From assembly GCA_965112155.1 (NCBI GenBank), contig OZ218098.1: a stretch of DNA of 64,000 bases; one strand, 5' to 3'. Below are positions 36,701 through 50,468 of this stretch, in pieces. Under the pieces are notes generated by a model. It was not told the DNA's origin, did no database searches, and saw only the letters and a list, made by a program, of their open reading frames with translations. The position numbers and the translations under genes were made by a program. The first letter of the stretch is position 1. Each line of letters starts with the position of its first letter. The DNA is from Podarcis liolepis. Taxonomy: Eukaryota.

Positions 36701-39700
36701 AGGCAGCAAAAGCAAATACACAGAGTTTTATAAGCATATTGGGGGAAAGGGAAGCAAGGAGGGGAAATTAAGAGGAAGAATCACAAAAGACAAAGTGCAT
36801 TCAACCCTAGATATAAGGGAAAAGGAGGCTTGCAATGAGGGCATGGCAGACAGAAGAAACAGAGGCTTGCAAAACAAGTCGGATCCACACAAACACTGGT
36901 GTCCCTCCCAAAACTACAAATCCCAGCATGCCATGCTCACTTGCTTGCATTATCAAAGCCAATCCCATGCATTCCTGAAATAGCATTTTAAATTAGCTCA
37001 TCCTTCCTGGGAAGCTGATTGGATAACCATCCTAAGAGCTAATGATTCCTCAGACAGCTTTTGAAAAAGAAAGCTTCCTCTCTTTGAAAAAATGTTTGGC
37101 CTGTTCTATGCTGGATGATTTCTGTCCATATGAAGTTGTGATTAGGAATTGTTCAAGGCAGTCTATTAAACAATTTCCATGCAGACCTGGATATAGGAGT
37201 TAGCTTCATTTTACCTTACCCATTAAATAAATAAGATGCAGCAAAATCCCTGCAAAGGTGTCTTCTCAGAGGCTATGGGGTGGGGGGAACAGACTATAAA
37301 AACCCCATCTAGAACAGCCACCCCACCCCACCTGGTGCCCTCCAGATGTTTTGGACTACAACTTCCATCCTTGATAACCTCTGGCCACGCTGGCTGGGGA
37401 GGACTGGAGCTATAGTTCAGCAAGATCTGGAGAGCACCAGGTTGGGAACAGCTGATCTATGCAAAGCTGGTGGCAGCTTATGAAAGCATGTAGCCCAGGA
37501 GATCAAGCTTTGTTGAAATGCACACATCCGTTTTATAAAAGGATATGTGTGAAGACCTGAGTTACGGTGTTCTGTCACACACCTATCTTCCCATTGCCTT
37601 TGGGCCACCAGATCTGTATACTTGTAGCTGAATGCTGACATCAGAATCGTTTAAACAAAATATGGATGATCCTGAGGAAGTTGGTGCATGTAGACCTCTT
37701 ATGTTCCCCACTGAGCTTTTCTGGGTTTAGGCACACTTATTTATGCAATAGGAAGGTTCTACAGTAACAACAGCTTTTTGCTAGTAAGGGGGGAATCTTC
37801 AGCACAAGCAATCAGACTGTTAGTCCATTTCATACTAATGTGACAACGGAAAAGAGAGAAAGAGGCAATGCAAAGGGAAATTTGTATTCCAAGCACAGGT
37901 GCAGCAGCTAGCCAGATGCTTTGTTAGAGGGTATTTTCACACATCAAGACACTTTTTCTGGATCAACTCAATGCTGATCTATTTCATGCAGTATTAAATT
38001 GGCAAACTCATACACAATTCATAGGCAAATACCATTTCGGGTGGCAGTGGTAGTTTTTTTAAATAAAAAAAATCAAACTGATATAAATCACTGGGTGATA
38101 TCGTACAGAGACATACTCAAAGTAGACCCACGAAATGGTGTTTTTGGGGGGTTTTTTACACATAGAATTATTTTTGTTGACGTTTCTCACTGTGAAATGG
38201 CTTCAACATATTTTATGGGAAGTGATTCATAAATGGAATCAAATAAATAAATACATTGCTGCACCACAAAACAGGCTCTGCTTGGGCCAGTGTTGTATAT
38301 GAATGCATGCAAATAATATTTGAAATGAAAGTAAGATTTTTTATATATACCAGAGGAAGGTACCGGGAGAGAAAAAAGGTAGGACGAGATGGGCTCATAA
38401 CACACCTTTAAATTGAACTCTCAGCAGTCACACAATACGGGCCTGCTATTCTAGGACACTTAAATATCTCTTGTAGACCCACCCTCACCCCATCAGTTCA
38501 GGGTATCGGTTTATTGGCCACAGTGGCCTTGGTCTGGGGCATCACTCATCTCTGCAACAGACATGTTCATAGGGATTTGAAGAGCCTCTGCCCGCAGCAG
38601 GCTTCTTTCACCTGTGATGTTGCCACCGCTGTCACTATAGGGCTGGCTGGGATTGGGCATGGGAGTATGAAGGGAAACCACAGCAGAATGACAGGTGGGG
38701 CTGTGCAGAGCGAAAGGAGAACCAGTGTGACATAGCGATGAAGAGTTCAAATCCCCGCTCAGCCATGAAGCTCACTGGGTTGTTGTGAGGATAAAATGGG
38801 GAGAACCTTGTACACCCCCTTGAAGGAGAAGGGAGTATATAAGTGTAACAAACAAACAAACAAACAAACAAACAAACAAACAAACAAACATGTGCATGTT
38901 TTTTATGACAAACACCAGGACACTTGTGAGAAGTGAAAGGCAACGGTGTGAGAACCCTGGAAAATACAGTCTATCGAACTGAGGGGCTCTTTGCTAGTTA
39001 TTAGTGGCTGCTTACCTGCTGGTAGTAGATATAGGCCAGGATTCCAGCAATTACCTCAAGAAGGAAGATGCACAGCAGCAATATAAAATACTGCAAAAAA
39101 AGCAAAATGACATGTGTTAGAATAGACCAGAGCATAATGTCACCACCGGTGAAAGGCAGCCCTATGCAAATCTTTGAGGAAATGCTCAGCACTATCAAAT
39201 CGATTCCACTCCCCCCCTAAGAAACATAGACTGGCAAAACAAGCAGAGGTGGGTGCCAACGCTTGAAAGCCCAGAGAATGGGCAGCACGGAATGGGGAAA
39301 GTAACTTGCTGGGATCCAGCAGCACAGCTAGAGATGAAATGTTGGGTTCAGTAGATTCAGCAACAAAAACCAGTGTAGTTAACACATGAAGCTGCCTTAC
39401 GCTGACTCAAGCCCACCCAGCCCAGCATGGTCTACTCAGATATGCAATGGATCTCCACAGCCGTCTTTCATAGTCCTGCTACCTGCAACGCTTTTAACTG
39501 GAAATACCAGGGATTGAGACTCAAATATTCCTGCATGCAAAGCACGAGTGACTGATCCTCGGTTTGTCCCTGGGCGGTTTTCACAGCTGTGGTTCCTACT
39601 TCTCTCCTGCCAACTCCACTTGTCTTGAAATGCAAGTCCTCCAAAGCGACATCATTAGGAGCTCATCACAAGCTTGTTAGGGGGCAGTGGAATGCTTCCT

Positions 39701-42700
39701 TGGTGAGGGCAGGGAGGGCTTCAGAATAGCTGGGCTTCTTGCAGGGAGAGCTCTCCCAAGTGGGCAAGAGTCAGCAACATGCCTGCAGCAGCACAGGGGC
39801 AGCTTCCGGAACTTTGGACTGAACCATCAAAGAATAAAACCAGGGACAGGCTGCAACACAGAAGAGTTTCCCTGCCCAAATTGCTCAGAGACCCCTAAAG
39901 CGGACCATTCTGCTAACAACCAACCCAGAACTTGAGCAAGGCTTGGATCGTTCAGAACTCATGACACGTTACATCACTAAGCTTATGACAGTCTGAGCTG
40001 TACATGTACCGTCAGCAACAGAATTAGAATGAATACAATGGGAGAAATCGGAAATGTATTTGCTTGGAAACTCTTTGTATACAAGTATCAGCCACCACCA
40101 ATATGGTACTTAGCCACACACAATTACTGATAATGTGTTTTTTGGTATTGCAGTTTTAGTGACACGGGTGCTACATACACCACAATCTCTTCTATTGGCT
40201 ATAATAGACTACTTTTTACAAGCCCATTTCAGCAGCCAGCAGGATCCTTGCAAGTCCCAGGGGAGACTTCTGCAGCACCATGCAGGCAAACCCTGACTTA
40301 GGACACCCAAAGGCCGTCCTGCAAATCCCCTGCCATTGGAGTTAAGGCGGGTAGTGGCTAGGCAAGGATCTTCTCAGTTGTGATCCCCTATCTCACAAAG
40401 TGTTTCCAACCGTTGGAAAACCTATGAAGTTCTATGCTACTCTTGAAAAGTTTTTTTAAAGACCAGCATCTGTGTTTTTTTATGCTCCTTAATAACTGCC
40501 TTTCAATCTTTCATCTGAGGGATTTAATTTTCTTATTTACTTCCTTTGCCAGCTGCCCTGGAAATACACACAAGTGAAGGTCATAGCATAAATGTTATTT
40601 AACTGAACAGTAAAAGTTAGAAGGGTTTCTCTGCCAGGCAGTCTTCAGTCTGTGAGCACACTGCACCAGCCATTCACTCACCCCACCAAGTGTTGCTGAA
40701 GCCTCAGACCAACTGCATGCTTGGACAAGGTATCCCTTTCATACCATGAGAATGAGTAACCTAGAAGCGCTCTGGCTAACCAAAATGGGAGACTGAAATT
40801 GAACAGAAACACACCTTAGCCCAAGAGACTGCTTTCTTTCTTTCTTTTTGGAGACAAGTCAGTTAGAGCTACTGACATCATCCCTTTGTCCAGCTTGTAC
40901 ATTAAGGAAAGAGGAAACAATCAACTAAGGAGCTGGAAAGTTGTAATTTCCAGTGCTTGTGTTCTCACATTGTCCCCTTTGAAAGTACACTCCTCCTCCC
41001 ACAACCAGACCACTGAGGAGATATATATATATGTATATTTCTCCAATGGCAGAATGATCAGGGCTGATAGAAAAGTCCAGATTTAAAACAGCACAGCTGT
41101 AAGACATCTAATATATATAGAAGCACATTTCTTCTTTAAAAGGTGAGGTTGGAGAATCCATCAGAGTTCCTATTAGTCAAAGAGAGCTGCCTTTGGGGCA
41201 GGGAGGTGATGATACTCCACAACTGGGGAGGAAGATCAGTTAAATATCCTATGTGAATCATCTACTGGAGTACCTCCAAAATAAAGTTTTATGGAAGTCA
41301 TATGATCTGAGTTGGAGGGGTGGGTGGGGGAGGAGAGGGGGAGAGAGGGAGAGAGAGAGAGAGACCCCACACTTTCTAATTCAGTGGGCCATCTACATAC
41401 AATCATCATTATAAAGGAATATCTTCTAGCTTTCAATCATTATGGCTATAAAATAACACAACCAACACATCACTTCTCAAACTTTCATTCATCATGATGA
41501 TCCACGAAGACTATCCTTACATATGACATTCTGTACTGAGCATCAAGATTACGACATTGAAAAAAACTGGGGTTACCTGGTGCAAAGTGGCCCTCTAGAC
41601 TTGTGAAAATATGCTTGGGGTATGGCAGCCCTTGCCAATCTGGTGCCTTCCCTCCAGCTGCGTTGGACTACAGTTCCCATGGTGGTGGCTGGGGCTGATG
41701 GGAGTTGTAGTCCAACGCAGCTGGAGGGAAGGCGCCAAGCTGACGAAGGCTGGGATATGGGCTTAAGCTCAGGACTGGCAGAAGCCTTTGAGCCAACTCT
41801 GCCTGGCTGGCCACAAAGTGTTTGTTGTGCATGCTGCTTAACTAAACCGGAGGCCAAGAGACAGGCGACAATAGATCTGTCACAACCAGCCACTCAGGGG
41901 AGGGGAGAATGGCAACAAAAGGCTCTTTTGTTCCCGAGAGACAATCATTAGTTTTCTGTGGCAAAACAACAAAAAAGGACTGTACCAAATTTTTCATCTG
42001 TAATTGCTGGCTTGGAAAGACAGAAACAAAAAGGGAGAAGTCTTCCGCACACTGGGCCATTGTGTGCCTGCCAAGAGGGATTGGTATGGTCTACAGGCCA
42101 TGTCAGCTCCAGTATCATCACAAGCCATGAGAAATACCACTTCAGAAATATCATAGCACTTTCTTTGTCCTTACTGTACAGTGTCCCTGCGAAAGAGGCC
42201 TCCGCCTCACACCTTCCTTTTTCATGGCTGCACTGGCAGAGAACGCGTCCATTTCCCAGCCCCACCAACACATTTAGCAAGCCTACTTTTCACATTATAC
42301 TCTAACACACTTTCTGCAACACAGGTATTCCTATTGATGTCAGAAAGAGGAGCATATGAAGGATCTCATAGGAACACAGGAAGATGCCTTACACAAGTCT
42401 AGCCATGCCTCTGAACACTAGTTGCTGGAAACTGCAGGTGGGCAGAATGCTTAGATCCCGCTTGTGGGCTTCCCAGAAGCATCTGGCTGGGATGCTGGGC
42501 TCGATGAACCACTGGCCTGATCCAACAGGGGTTATGTTCACTGGTCCATCTAGTTCAGTATTGCAGACACTGATTGGCAGTAGCTTCCCAAGGACTGAAT
42601 TAGTGGTGGGTCTCCCCACCCAAACATTTCTCTCTTTCTGTCTTAACCCCTATTTCCCTGCTACAATTTACCATGGCTCTCCATGTCGATCCCTGCCTAC

Positions 42701-43639
42701 ACTGAGTTCTTCCCACTTGCTGAAAGAACACTCACCACTCTCAGGAGGCTCCGCTGCTCCCTGAATGTAGCACAGCAGCCCAAGATGCCGGTGATCATGA
42801 CCACAACGCCTGCCACCACCAGGATGTAGGCTGTTGCCATGTATGTATTGGACTGCAGGAGGCTTATGTAATCGCTCTTTTCAGCCAGGGTCCAGATGCC
42901 CACTGCCATCACGGCTCCACCTGCCAGCTTAAGAGAGAAAGGAAGATAATGAGTTAAATGCAGCTGGGGTAGAGAAAACATGAGGCACCATTATCTAGCA
43001 GGACTACCTATTGCTTCATCAGTGGTGGTTCACCAAGGCCTGATTCAGAGTCCCTTGGGAGAGGGGCTTCTGCTGATCTCAATGAGGATGTAAGTTCAAG
43101 TGAAGCACCTTTTCACTCTTATCCTTGCCTATCACACTGCTTCGAAGATTTCTAATGGTCACTTTTGACGGAAGCTATGGGAAAAGTAGAATAAAGAAAG
43201 GCATATCTATGTGTGGAGGGCCTCCAGCCCTCCTGGAACTTACCACTTCAGAAGGCAATCTGGGGATAACCCAGTGAAATGCTCCCCTATGGCTATGCCA
43301 TCAACACCCCGTCTTCAGAAAGCTATCAGGGAGAAGTTCTAACCTTGCACTCACCTCAATGTGGCTGTGCTTTTTGTGAAATAAAGGAGCAGCTAGAAGC
43401 TAAGCTCCAACTATCTGCTAATTTCGGAGCAGACTGGCTGTTCTCTTTAAATCATGCAGAAGAGCATTAAAAGTCTATCCTAATCACCCCATTGCTCCAG
43501 GATACTCCCAAATTCACAGCACAAATCAGCAAAATTGCTAAAGCTGGCTCCTTACCCAGAAAAAGAAGTTGAAGATGAAGAGGAGATATTTGAGACAGAT
43601 GGTCCCACATGTTTCCTTGTTTTCAGAGTAGTCACGCAT
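26686..43639 (-). CDS. CD151: CD151 tetraspanin (TSPAN24), spliced CDS: join complement(43556-43639, 42736-42927, 39016-39090, 35088-35192, 31475-31630, 29464-29550, 26686-26745); 252 aa
   Basis: Seven phase-0 exons of 84/192/75/105/156/87/60 nt assemble in frame with GT-AG junctions. The product has four TM segments, CCG and PDSCC loop motifs, the CD151-specific QRD motif and the C-terminus [12 protein letters not shown]. It matches my recollection of human CD151 ([21 protein letters not shown]...CCLYRSLKLEHY). Confidence 0.97.
26975..27150 (+). mobile_element. Degenerate tRNA-derived SINE (Squam3-like); further copies on the - strand near 36170-36360, 39385-39545, 43860-44000 and 52170-52330
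   Basis: gtagctc...agcatct...cagaaggtcccagg head, ccctggaaagccactgcc body and ttcctatg tail, shared among the copies. The family name is from memory. Confidence 0.65.
27545..27954. mobile_element. Young CpG-rich hAT-type non-autonomous element in the last CD151 intron
   Basis: TIRs CAGGGGTCAGCAAACT / AGTTTGGGGACCCCTG; perfect TSD TTTTAAAA at 27537-27544 and 27955-27962; internal 21-bp tandem repeats. Confidence 0.88.
28738..28778. repeat. (CA)n microsatellite
   Basis: about 20 perfect units. Confidence 0.97.
29464..29550 (-). CDS. CD151: CD151 coding exon 6 ([29 protein letters not shown])
   Basis: 87 nt; acceptor tctctctctctag|, donor CAG|gtatgg; translated by hand, not in the ORF track. 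Confidence 0.96.
31475..31630 (-). CDS. CD151: CD151 coding exon 5 ([12 protein letters not shown]...[24 protein letters not shown])
   Basis: 156 nt; CCG, PXXCC and QRD motifs; acceptor gtgttcag|, donor GAG|gtaaga. Confidence 0.97.
32437..32730 (+). mobile_element. L2 LINE internal fragment (end of RT region)
   Basis: [12 protein letters not shown]...[17 protein letters not shown]...LVISRLDYC is an L2 ORF2 signature. Confidence 0.9.
33694..33736. repeat. (GA)n microsatellite
   Basis: about 21 perfect units. Confidence 0.97.
34319..34972 (-). mobile_element. Penelope-like retroelement remnant with inverted pseudo-LTR copies
   Basis: Inverted arms of about 145 bp (34345-34495 and 34830-34972) plus a third partial copy (34687-34810). 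Hammerhead-like GAAACGTC core present twice. Flanking 12-bp direct repeat TTGTGCATTTTA at 34307-34318 and 34973-34984. Confidence 0.65.
35088..35192 (-). CDS. CD151: CD151 coding exon 4 ([35 protein letters not shown])
   Basis: 105 nt; acceptor ccctatgcag|, donor GAG|gtaggc. Confidence 0.95.
38725..38890 (+). mobile_element. MIR/CORE-type SINE remnant ending in (AAAC)n
   Basis: B-box-like gttcaaatcc, core-like gggttgttgtgaggataaaatgg and a simple-repeat tail; a related piece lies at about 30140-30270. Confidence 0.6.
39016..39090 (-). CDS. CD151: CD151 coding exon 3 ([27 protein letters not shown]3)
   Basis: 75 nt; acceptor ttttttgcag|, donor CAG|gtaagc. Confidence 0.96.
42736..42927 (-). 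CDS. CD151: CD151 coding exon 2 ([24 protein letters not shown]...[18 protein letters not shown])
   Basis: 192 nt; acceptor tttctctcttaag|, donor GTG|gtgagt; lies within ORF 42697..42981. Confidence 0.96.
43556..43639 (-). CDS. CD151: CD151 coding exon 1 ([28 protein letters not shown])
   Basis: ATG at 43639 with A at -3 (gcgacaATG). Donor TGG|gtaag at 43555. An acceptor cttttccacag| at 43658 implies 18 nt of UTR here and at least one upstream non-coding exon. Not in the ORF track (too short). Confidence 0.95.
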
Positions 43640-45829
43640 TGTCGCAATTTAGCAGGGCTGTGGAAAAGATTCAAGAAAAGGGAAGACTTCCGTTAGAAAA
43701 CCCTTTCCCCCTTTGACACTCAATGTGCAACTGTCAACTGGCTTTCTTCTGTATTCAACCGCCACTCTTAACAGGCATTGCCAAGATGTAACTTAAGAAA
43801 CACATAAGGGGAAAAACATGGCTGGTAATACTGCAAGCCCACCCTGTCAGTTCCAGAACAGGTCAATGGAAGCTGCTTTGTACCCAGTCAGACCACTGGT
43901 CCATCTGTTGTCTACACTGACCAGACGTGGGTCTCCAGGGACTGACCCTGGAGGAACTTCTGCATGCAAAACAGATGCTTTACCACTCAGCTACAGCCCT
44001 TTCCCTACTATTACCGCTGGTGTTAAGATCACTATGTGCCAGGGCACATCTCTACCAATCTATGGCTCCCTGCTGATACTAGCAGGTATGTGGTCATATG
44101 GCCAAGTCTTCTTCAAGGCAGACTGGGTTCAGGCTATCCAAGATTTCATAAGCCAGAAATGGGGAAACCTGCTGTCTTCCTGATGTTGTTGGACTAAAAC
44201 TCCCCTCAACCCTGACAACTGGCCAAGCTGGCCGGGGTTGATGGGAGTCCAGAGACATCCAGAGAGCCACAGGCCCCCCATCTCTGTTATAAGTTTTCAC
44301 TAGCACCTTGGATTGTGCTGGAAAACCCAAAAACCCAGAGCACAGGCATATGAGAAATCATCTTGCTCAGGTTCCCCTAATGACGCAGAGCTAGAAACAG
44401 CAGCCCACTCCTGGATTTCATGTGCAGTTAAGTGTTTGGTGCAGAGAAGTTTTCCCTTTTTTCCTCCCTCACATGATTCGGAAGCTATGGAATTCCTCAG
44501 GAATTGGTACATGACACTGGGGGCAGGAGGAGATTCCCAGAATGGGAATATTTCCATGTCTGAGCCATCTCAGTCTGTCCCTTTTACCCAATTATGCAAG
44601 GAAAGTTTTATTCTTTTTCTCTTAGGATATGTGACAGCATAGCTGGCAGCAAGCAGGGTTCACAAGCAAAGGGGAGAGGCTGAGAGATGACAGCACACAT
44701 CCAAGATAGTAAAAGGGAGAGAACAACAAGGCTCCTTCCTTGGCTTCCTGACAGCCCAGTCTTCATGAGAAATTACCGCACAGCTCTGCCAAAACATAAA
44801 AAGGAGCTTCAGAGGCATCCATTTGTCCTCAAAGATCCCACTCTCATCCACTGCTCCCCCCCCCACCACTCGGGATATACTGCTTGTATAAGATGAGAGA
44901 TTTACTGTCCCCAGGACAAAAAACAAAATCCTTTTGTTTATCTATAGATAGAACAGATTATATCAACAATTGAAACAGACATACGTGCTACAAAAATAAA
45001 CTGGCTTTGCTGTCATGATTCCCTCCCCCCCCTCCCAAAAAAAACCAGGATCCTAGCAACTACAGTTTTCCCTGTCTGGCCCTTTGACTGGCTTTCATGT
45101 TCTGCTGCTTGCTCATGGTCCAGCTCTACCCCACCTCTGTTTGGATGATCAGAAACCTGTTCATCCTCACCCTGTAGGGATGATTCATCCTGAAATGAAC
45201 ACCCTCCCATTTCGGTGGGCTTTCCCCCCAAGGGTCTGTTTAAGAGATGCTCTGCAACCTTTTTGATGTTAAGCACCAGGCATCTGGTTCCATTCTGGTT
45301 CAAGCCGAGGATCCCCTCTCAGTGGTACAGGCCCAGCTTATCCCAAAACATTCCCCAATGCCCCAAACACCTTAATCTTTCTCCCTGTGTAACCATCTCA
45401 TCTAAACCATCTCATCTACACATAGAGACAGCTCAGTTTCACTTAACTAACTCACCCTGCACATGGAACAGGGTGGCATTTCAGAGAAAGCTACCACCTC
45501 AGAAGTTGCAGTCTTCAATGTTACCTTCCAGTTCTGCACAACTACAGTTCTCCTTCTCATTGGTGCAGACCTGCTCACACAAACACTGACTTCCTCCTCT
45601 GCACAATCTAACAGGCTATCTAAACTATGGGTGGCGCCTATAACCTTCATCTCAGAAGGCAAGTTGCCATCCGGTCTACAAACCTCTCACAAACCCAGCT
45701 CTTCATGGATACAATTATGATTGAATTGCCCCCTACTCCCTGGAGGTACATACGCAGTGCAAGGATGACTTCCATTACCTTCATACATATGGATAAATGC
45801 ACGTCCCAGTCCCAGAAGGATGCAGAATT

Positions 45830-45990
45830 TCCGCTCATAATCCTAGAAACCCAGGGTCATTCAGTGAAGCTGAATGGTGATGGATTTAGGACAGATCAAC
45901 ACACATTGATGGTCACCAACTTGGATGGCCTTCGAAGGAAATTAGATAAATTCACTGAGGATAAGACTATCAATGGCTGCAAGTAGCAGT
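45830..45990 (+). mobile_element. CR1 LINE 3' fragment
   Basis: TQGHSVKLNGDGFRTD...VTNLDGLRRKLDKFTEDKTING; homologous to the copy at 900-1110. Confidence 0.8.
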
Positions 45991-48900
45991 GCCTGTATAT
46001 TACATCCAGTACCAGAGGCAGTAAATCTCTGAAAACCAGCTTCTGGGAACACAAGAGGGAGATTGCTATGGTGGTGAGTGTCCTGTTTCTACACTTCCAA
46101 TTGGTATCTAGTTGGCTACTGTTGAGAAACAGAACGTTAGGCTAGATAGGCCTGTGGCTCTTCTTGTGGTTAGCAGGAGAAATGGCTGCGAGTTCAGCCC
46201 TGACAGAAGTTTTCTATTAAGCAAAAAGTTCCAAGCACTGCAACCTTTCCGCACAGGGCAATTGCTTCATCTCCTTGGATCATTTTGGTTGGTTGACCTT
46301 TTTCTGAACGAGAGTCTGTACCTCTCCTCGCCCCTGCAGAATGCTGAGAAGGATTGCAGTTTGCTGGGCTGATTCCAGATCAGTGCAGCAGAGGCCACAT
46401 CTATGATGAGATGTACCATCATAGTGCATGAATCAGTTCTTTCAACCCTTGTATGGACATGTCACAGCTGGAAGAAGTTGGAAGCATCATGTTAACTATG
46501 GAACAAGACACCCAAAAGTAAATGCCTACCAGCTGCTTCAAAGTATTATATCTCCATTTTAAAGCTGCACTCAACTGCACATTAACCATGTTCTCATATT
46601 TTCTCTCCCAGTGAGGGACAGCATTTAGCTATGCATGACTCTGATCCAACATGCTTAAAATATATGGGCAGCTTGACTAGACTTCTGTGTGTACATAATA
46701 AACAGAATTTGAAGTTTTTGGATTCTGATTAATGCTCATTGAACTGGTCTATTGGCCAATGTGCATTATCACATGTTCTTCCATGAAGCTCTTAAAGCTA
46801 CATGGGATATTGTTAGTCCCATCCCCATCTTGCATAGCACTGCTAGTAAAGCAAACAAAATTGTGAAGAGGTGCTAAAAGAGGGCTCTCCCATCAATTTT
46901 AGTGCTGTAGTCAGAGAACAGCAGGAGGTTTATGAAGCATGCTGATTTATGGAGGAGGGATGGCCAGTGAGTCATAGAACAATCATTGCTGTCTCCACTG
47001 GCCCTGGCCAGGAATAGCATCCCATTGAACAACGAGACTGTTCTTGCATTTAAATCAGCAACCCAAGGAAAGTATTACTGGAAATTAAACCAAGCTATAC
47101 AGACCATCCCACTTCACTGCTAGCATATTCTTTTCATTTCCATCAAGAAGAACGAATCAGTCTTTTCTACAGTGCTCTGGAAATGCAAAGTCAACACAAC
47201 TCACAGGAACAGACTATTTAGCTCCAGAGCTGCATATATGCTGCACTAAAATTCCCATCCCAGAATTTTGTGTTCCAGTATGCTGCATTCCATTCCAAGG
47301 AAATCAGGGTTCTGCAACCTATGTGAATTAGGCAAATCCAGGAAGTGATCATATTGCTTATTCTGCTTTTGCAAAAAACAAAACAAAACAAAACCCTCAC
47401 CCCACTAATTGGAAAACTTGCTCAGTCCCACCCCTCAAAGTTCTTAGATTCAACATGACTGCCTATACATTTTCACAATGGTGGGGACTATAAATTTCTC
47501 TTTAAAACAAGGGGAGTTGGAAAGGTGGGTTTTTGAGGGTGTGCTCTTATTTGCACTCAATAGAAATGTACTAGCCTACATTTGCAGAGCACACAAAATC
47601 CTTCACTGCACTGTTGATCCAATCAAGGGCAAAGTTCAGGAAACCACTGCAAGTCCCCGCTTATCAGAAGAAAGGAGGCAAAGATCCCTTTAGCTTTAGG
47701 CACATTGCCTCAGTCTGAGCACAGGAGATTGCAAGTTTAAAACCACCCAAGGCATTATTTCCCCTTTCAATCAAGCCTAGCCCCGCCCCATCCCTGCCGC
47801 GCCTTAATTCACATAGCATTGCTTCACTGTGCACACAATTCAAACACGAAGTGTAAAGCTGAAGAAAAAAATGGGATGAGCACTGGCACACTGGTTATGT
47901 GACAAGTCACCAGCTAGGCATAAAGGGGCGCTACCACAAAGTCAACTTTGCAACAAGAGTGTCTCGGCACAACAGCTTGGTTAGATCAACTGAAACACGG
48001 CAATGAACCTATTAACTAAAAACTCAATTTGCACTTCACTTGTAGTTATACGAAATGGATGCCTAATATAATAATATTCTCCTCTAGCAGCCATAGGAAA
48101 GGAATACCACTATATCTTAAGGAGGGCTGTAAAAAAGAGGGACGTGGTTGCAACTGGCAACTTTCAAATCTAGGCCTAGTGAGCTGTTTTACTTACAGAG
48201 AAAGGAAATTAGAACTGAACTACTATTAGGAGAAACTGCACCTCTCCCTCTTCAAAGGGTAAGGTGGTTCATCCTCAAATCAAACTTATGCCCAGTCTGA
48301 AAAACAGAAGTGCTCACACTTAAGATAGTGGTTGACCCATGAGTCGAAAGCAGAATTTTCTGTGTGAGCCTCAGCACAGCATTTCAATCCATTTTTCATT
48401 TCTTTTTGCTTTTAACTTGTTATTAACTTGATATGATTTTATTGTTTGGTTTTATGTTTTTATATTGTTGCAAACATTTTTCTGATACAACAGTATATAA
48501 ATATTTTAATAAATCATTCTCTGCCTGCAACTTCAGGCATGCAGGAAAAAGGAATCACAGAGTTGAAAGAGATCACAAAGGCCAGCAAACCCAACCGCAT
48601 GCCAAGACATAGATGCCCACACATCAACCTACTGCTACAAAACCTCACTAGTGTGCCCAGACAAGCAGAGGCCAATGAAACTCCACAAAACTTAGGCAGT
48701 GTTTAGATTTGGGGTACTCTTTGGGTTCCACCCCTCTTTCTAAACAGCCTGTGTTTCATTCTAAGACATTCTGTTCTCATTCACCATAATGAGTTACTGG
48801 CTGCACAAGACCATGCAAAGTGTAACATGCAGAATTCTCTGGAGCTATTTATACACATCTCAAGATGTTCTTTATTAGCAAGACTAGAAAGATCCTGCAG

Positions 48901-50290
48901 GCAATGTCATCTTGTTACTTACAAATGCATACACAGAGAAGGGAATTATCGCAGTTCCTCATGCTCACCATCAGCTTTCCTGCTAATGAAAGCAGGCGTG
49001 TAAGTCATTTGGGGTCCTCATTCACCAGCTAAGCAAGGAAAGGGAATCAGAAAGGGAGTGGGATGCCCTTCTAAGTTCCTCCCAAAGCTCCCCTCTTCCC
49101 CTAGCACAGAAAAAGATCACGTTTGGTAAGTTAAAGTAGGATTTACAAGCTCTTCAAAGGTCAGGTTCATGTGCTTTTCCATATATCAGCCAGAAAACAC
49201 AGGCAGTAAAACTTAGCTTGGTTATAGTGGTGAAAGTATAAATTATTGGGATAGGAATAGAAGAATGGCTTGGAGCAAACAGCTCATATCACGCTCCATG
49301 CTGAGCTTCTCAGGTAGACTGAAGGGGAATAAAGGGGCGGGGGGGGGGGGGAGAGAATTGACCTAGCTAAGCCTGGCAGGACAGCTCACTCTATGGTATT
49401 AACCCCTTCATGTGCTAATTAGACTGGAGCATGTTGGTTCTAAGAGGCTGGTTATCCCACAGGATCTACCGCTGGATTCCAATCTACCTTTTGTCCACCC
49501 ATTTATACAGCAAATTTGCATACACATGTATTTTTAAGCATCTTTTTAAACTCACAATGAACATTAGGCATGGGCAAGTGAGATAGAAGAAGAAGTGGAT
49601 TGGAAGAAGAAGTGACTGGAAGAAGAAGTCATTCTTCCAAGCCACATACACAAAGCCTGTTACAAGGGTAGGGCCCAGCCCTCTCTCAACTGCTCTAACT
49701 CTCCAGTCACATACATTACACCCACTTTGGGGGCTCCTCCCCAAGTAATGTCAAGCATGCATATGCTCTGCAAAGCCATTTGCTCACACAATCATATAAT
49801 TACAGACTATACACATCTATTGAGTCACACACATGTTGCCAGATACACTTGTCTCAACCTGTACAGGAACAAAGAAAGTAGGTCCTGAAGCTATTTCTGC
49901 TTTAACCTATCCTGAGTTTAGATCTAAACACTAAACAGGACCTTAGGAAACAAAGGCCAAGCAATCCTTACATTTCAACGGAAACATAAGTCAACAAATA
50001 TAGCACAAACTGAGCATTACCAACCCAAAAAGTGAAAGCTCTATTTCGGGGGGGGGGGGCAGAGGCTGCCTGCACATTCAGTCTGTGTTATATTTGTTTT
50101 TGGCAAGGGTGTCAATGTTTTGTCTGGTTTTCTTTTTGAGGGAAAGCAGCACCATTTTTTCCTCTGTGAAATGGGTATTTTGTGATGCCAACAGCAATTT
50201 CTTCAATTTCAAATGTGTTTCTGTGCCCAAAAAGGTTTCACGTTGTGTGTGAACCTGACCAAAGGCTTAAAACTATGGTTGAAGGAGAAA

Positions 50291-50468
50291 TAAGGTTGCC
50301 ATATTTCAAAAAAATTAGACATAAAAGTTGTTGAGCTATTTTGGATTGCATTAGGCATATCGTGCAATAAATATTTTCCCAGACATTTTGCCAATTTCCA
50401 CCCAGACACTGCTTCCAACTGCAGTATTCCAGGTATGTCCAGGAAATTCCAGGCATATGGCAACCCTA
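50291..50468. mobile_element. hAT-type MITE
   Basis: TIRs TAAGGTTGCCATAT / ATATGGCAACCCTA; TSD aggagaaa/agtagaaa; a related copy in opposite orientation lies at about 32286-32445. Confidence 0.75.

Noticed and set aside
26686-43639. Alternative identity as TSPAN11 or another tetraspanin
   Set aside because: The QRD motif, the [11 protein letters not shown]-terminus and the CCLYRxLKxExY C-terminus fit CD151 best
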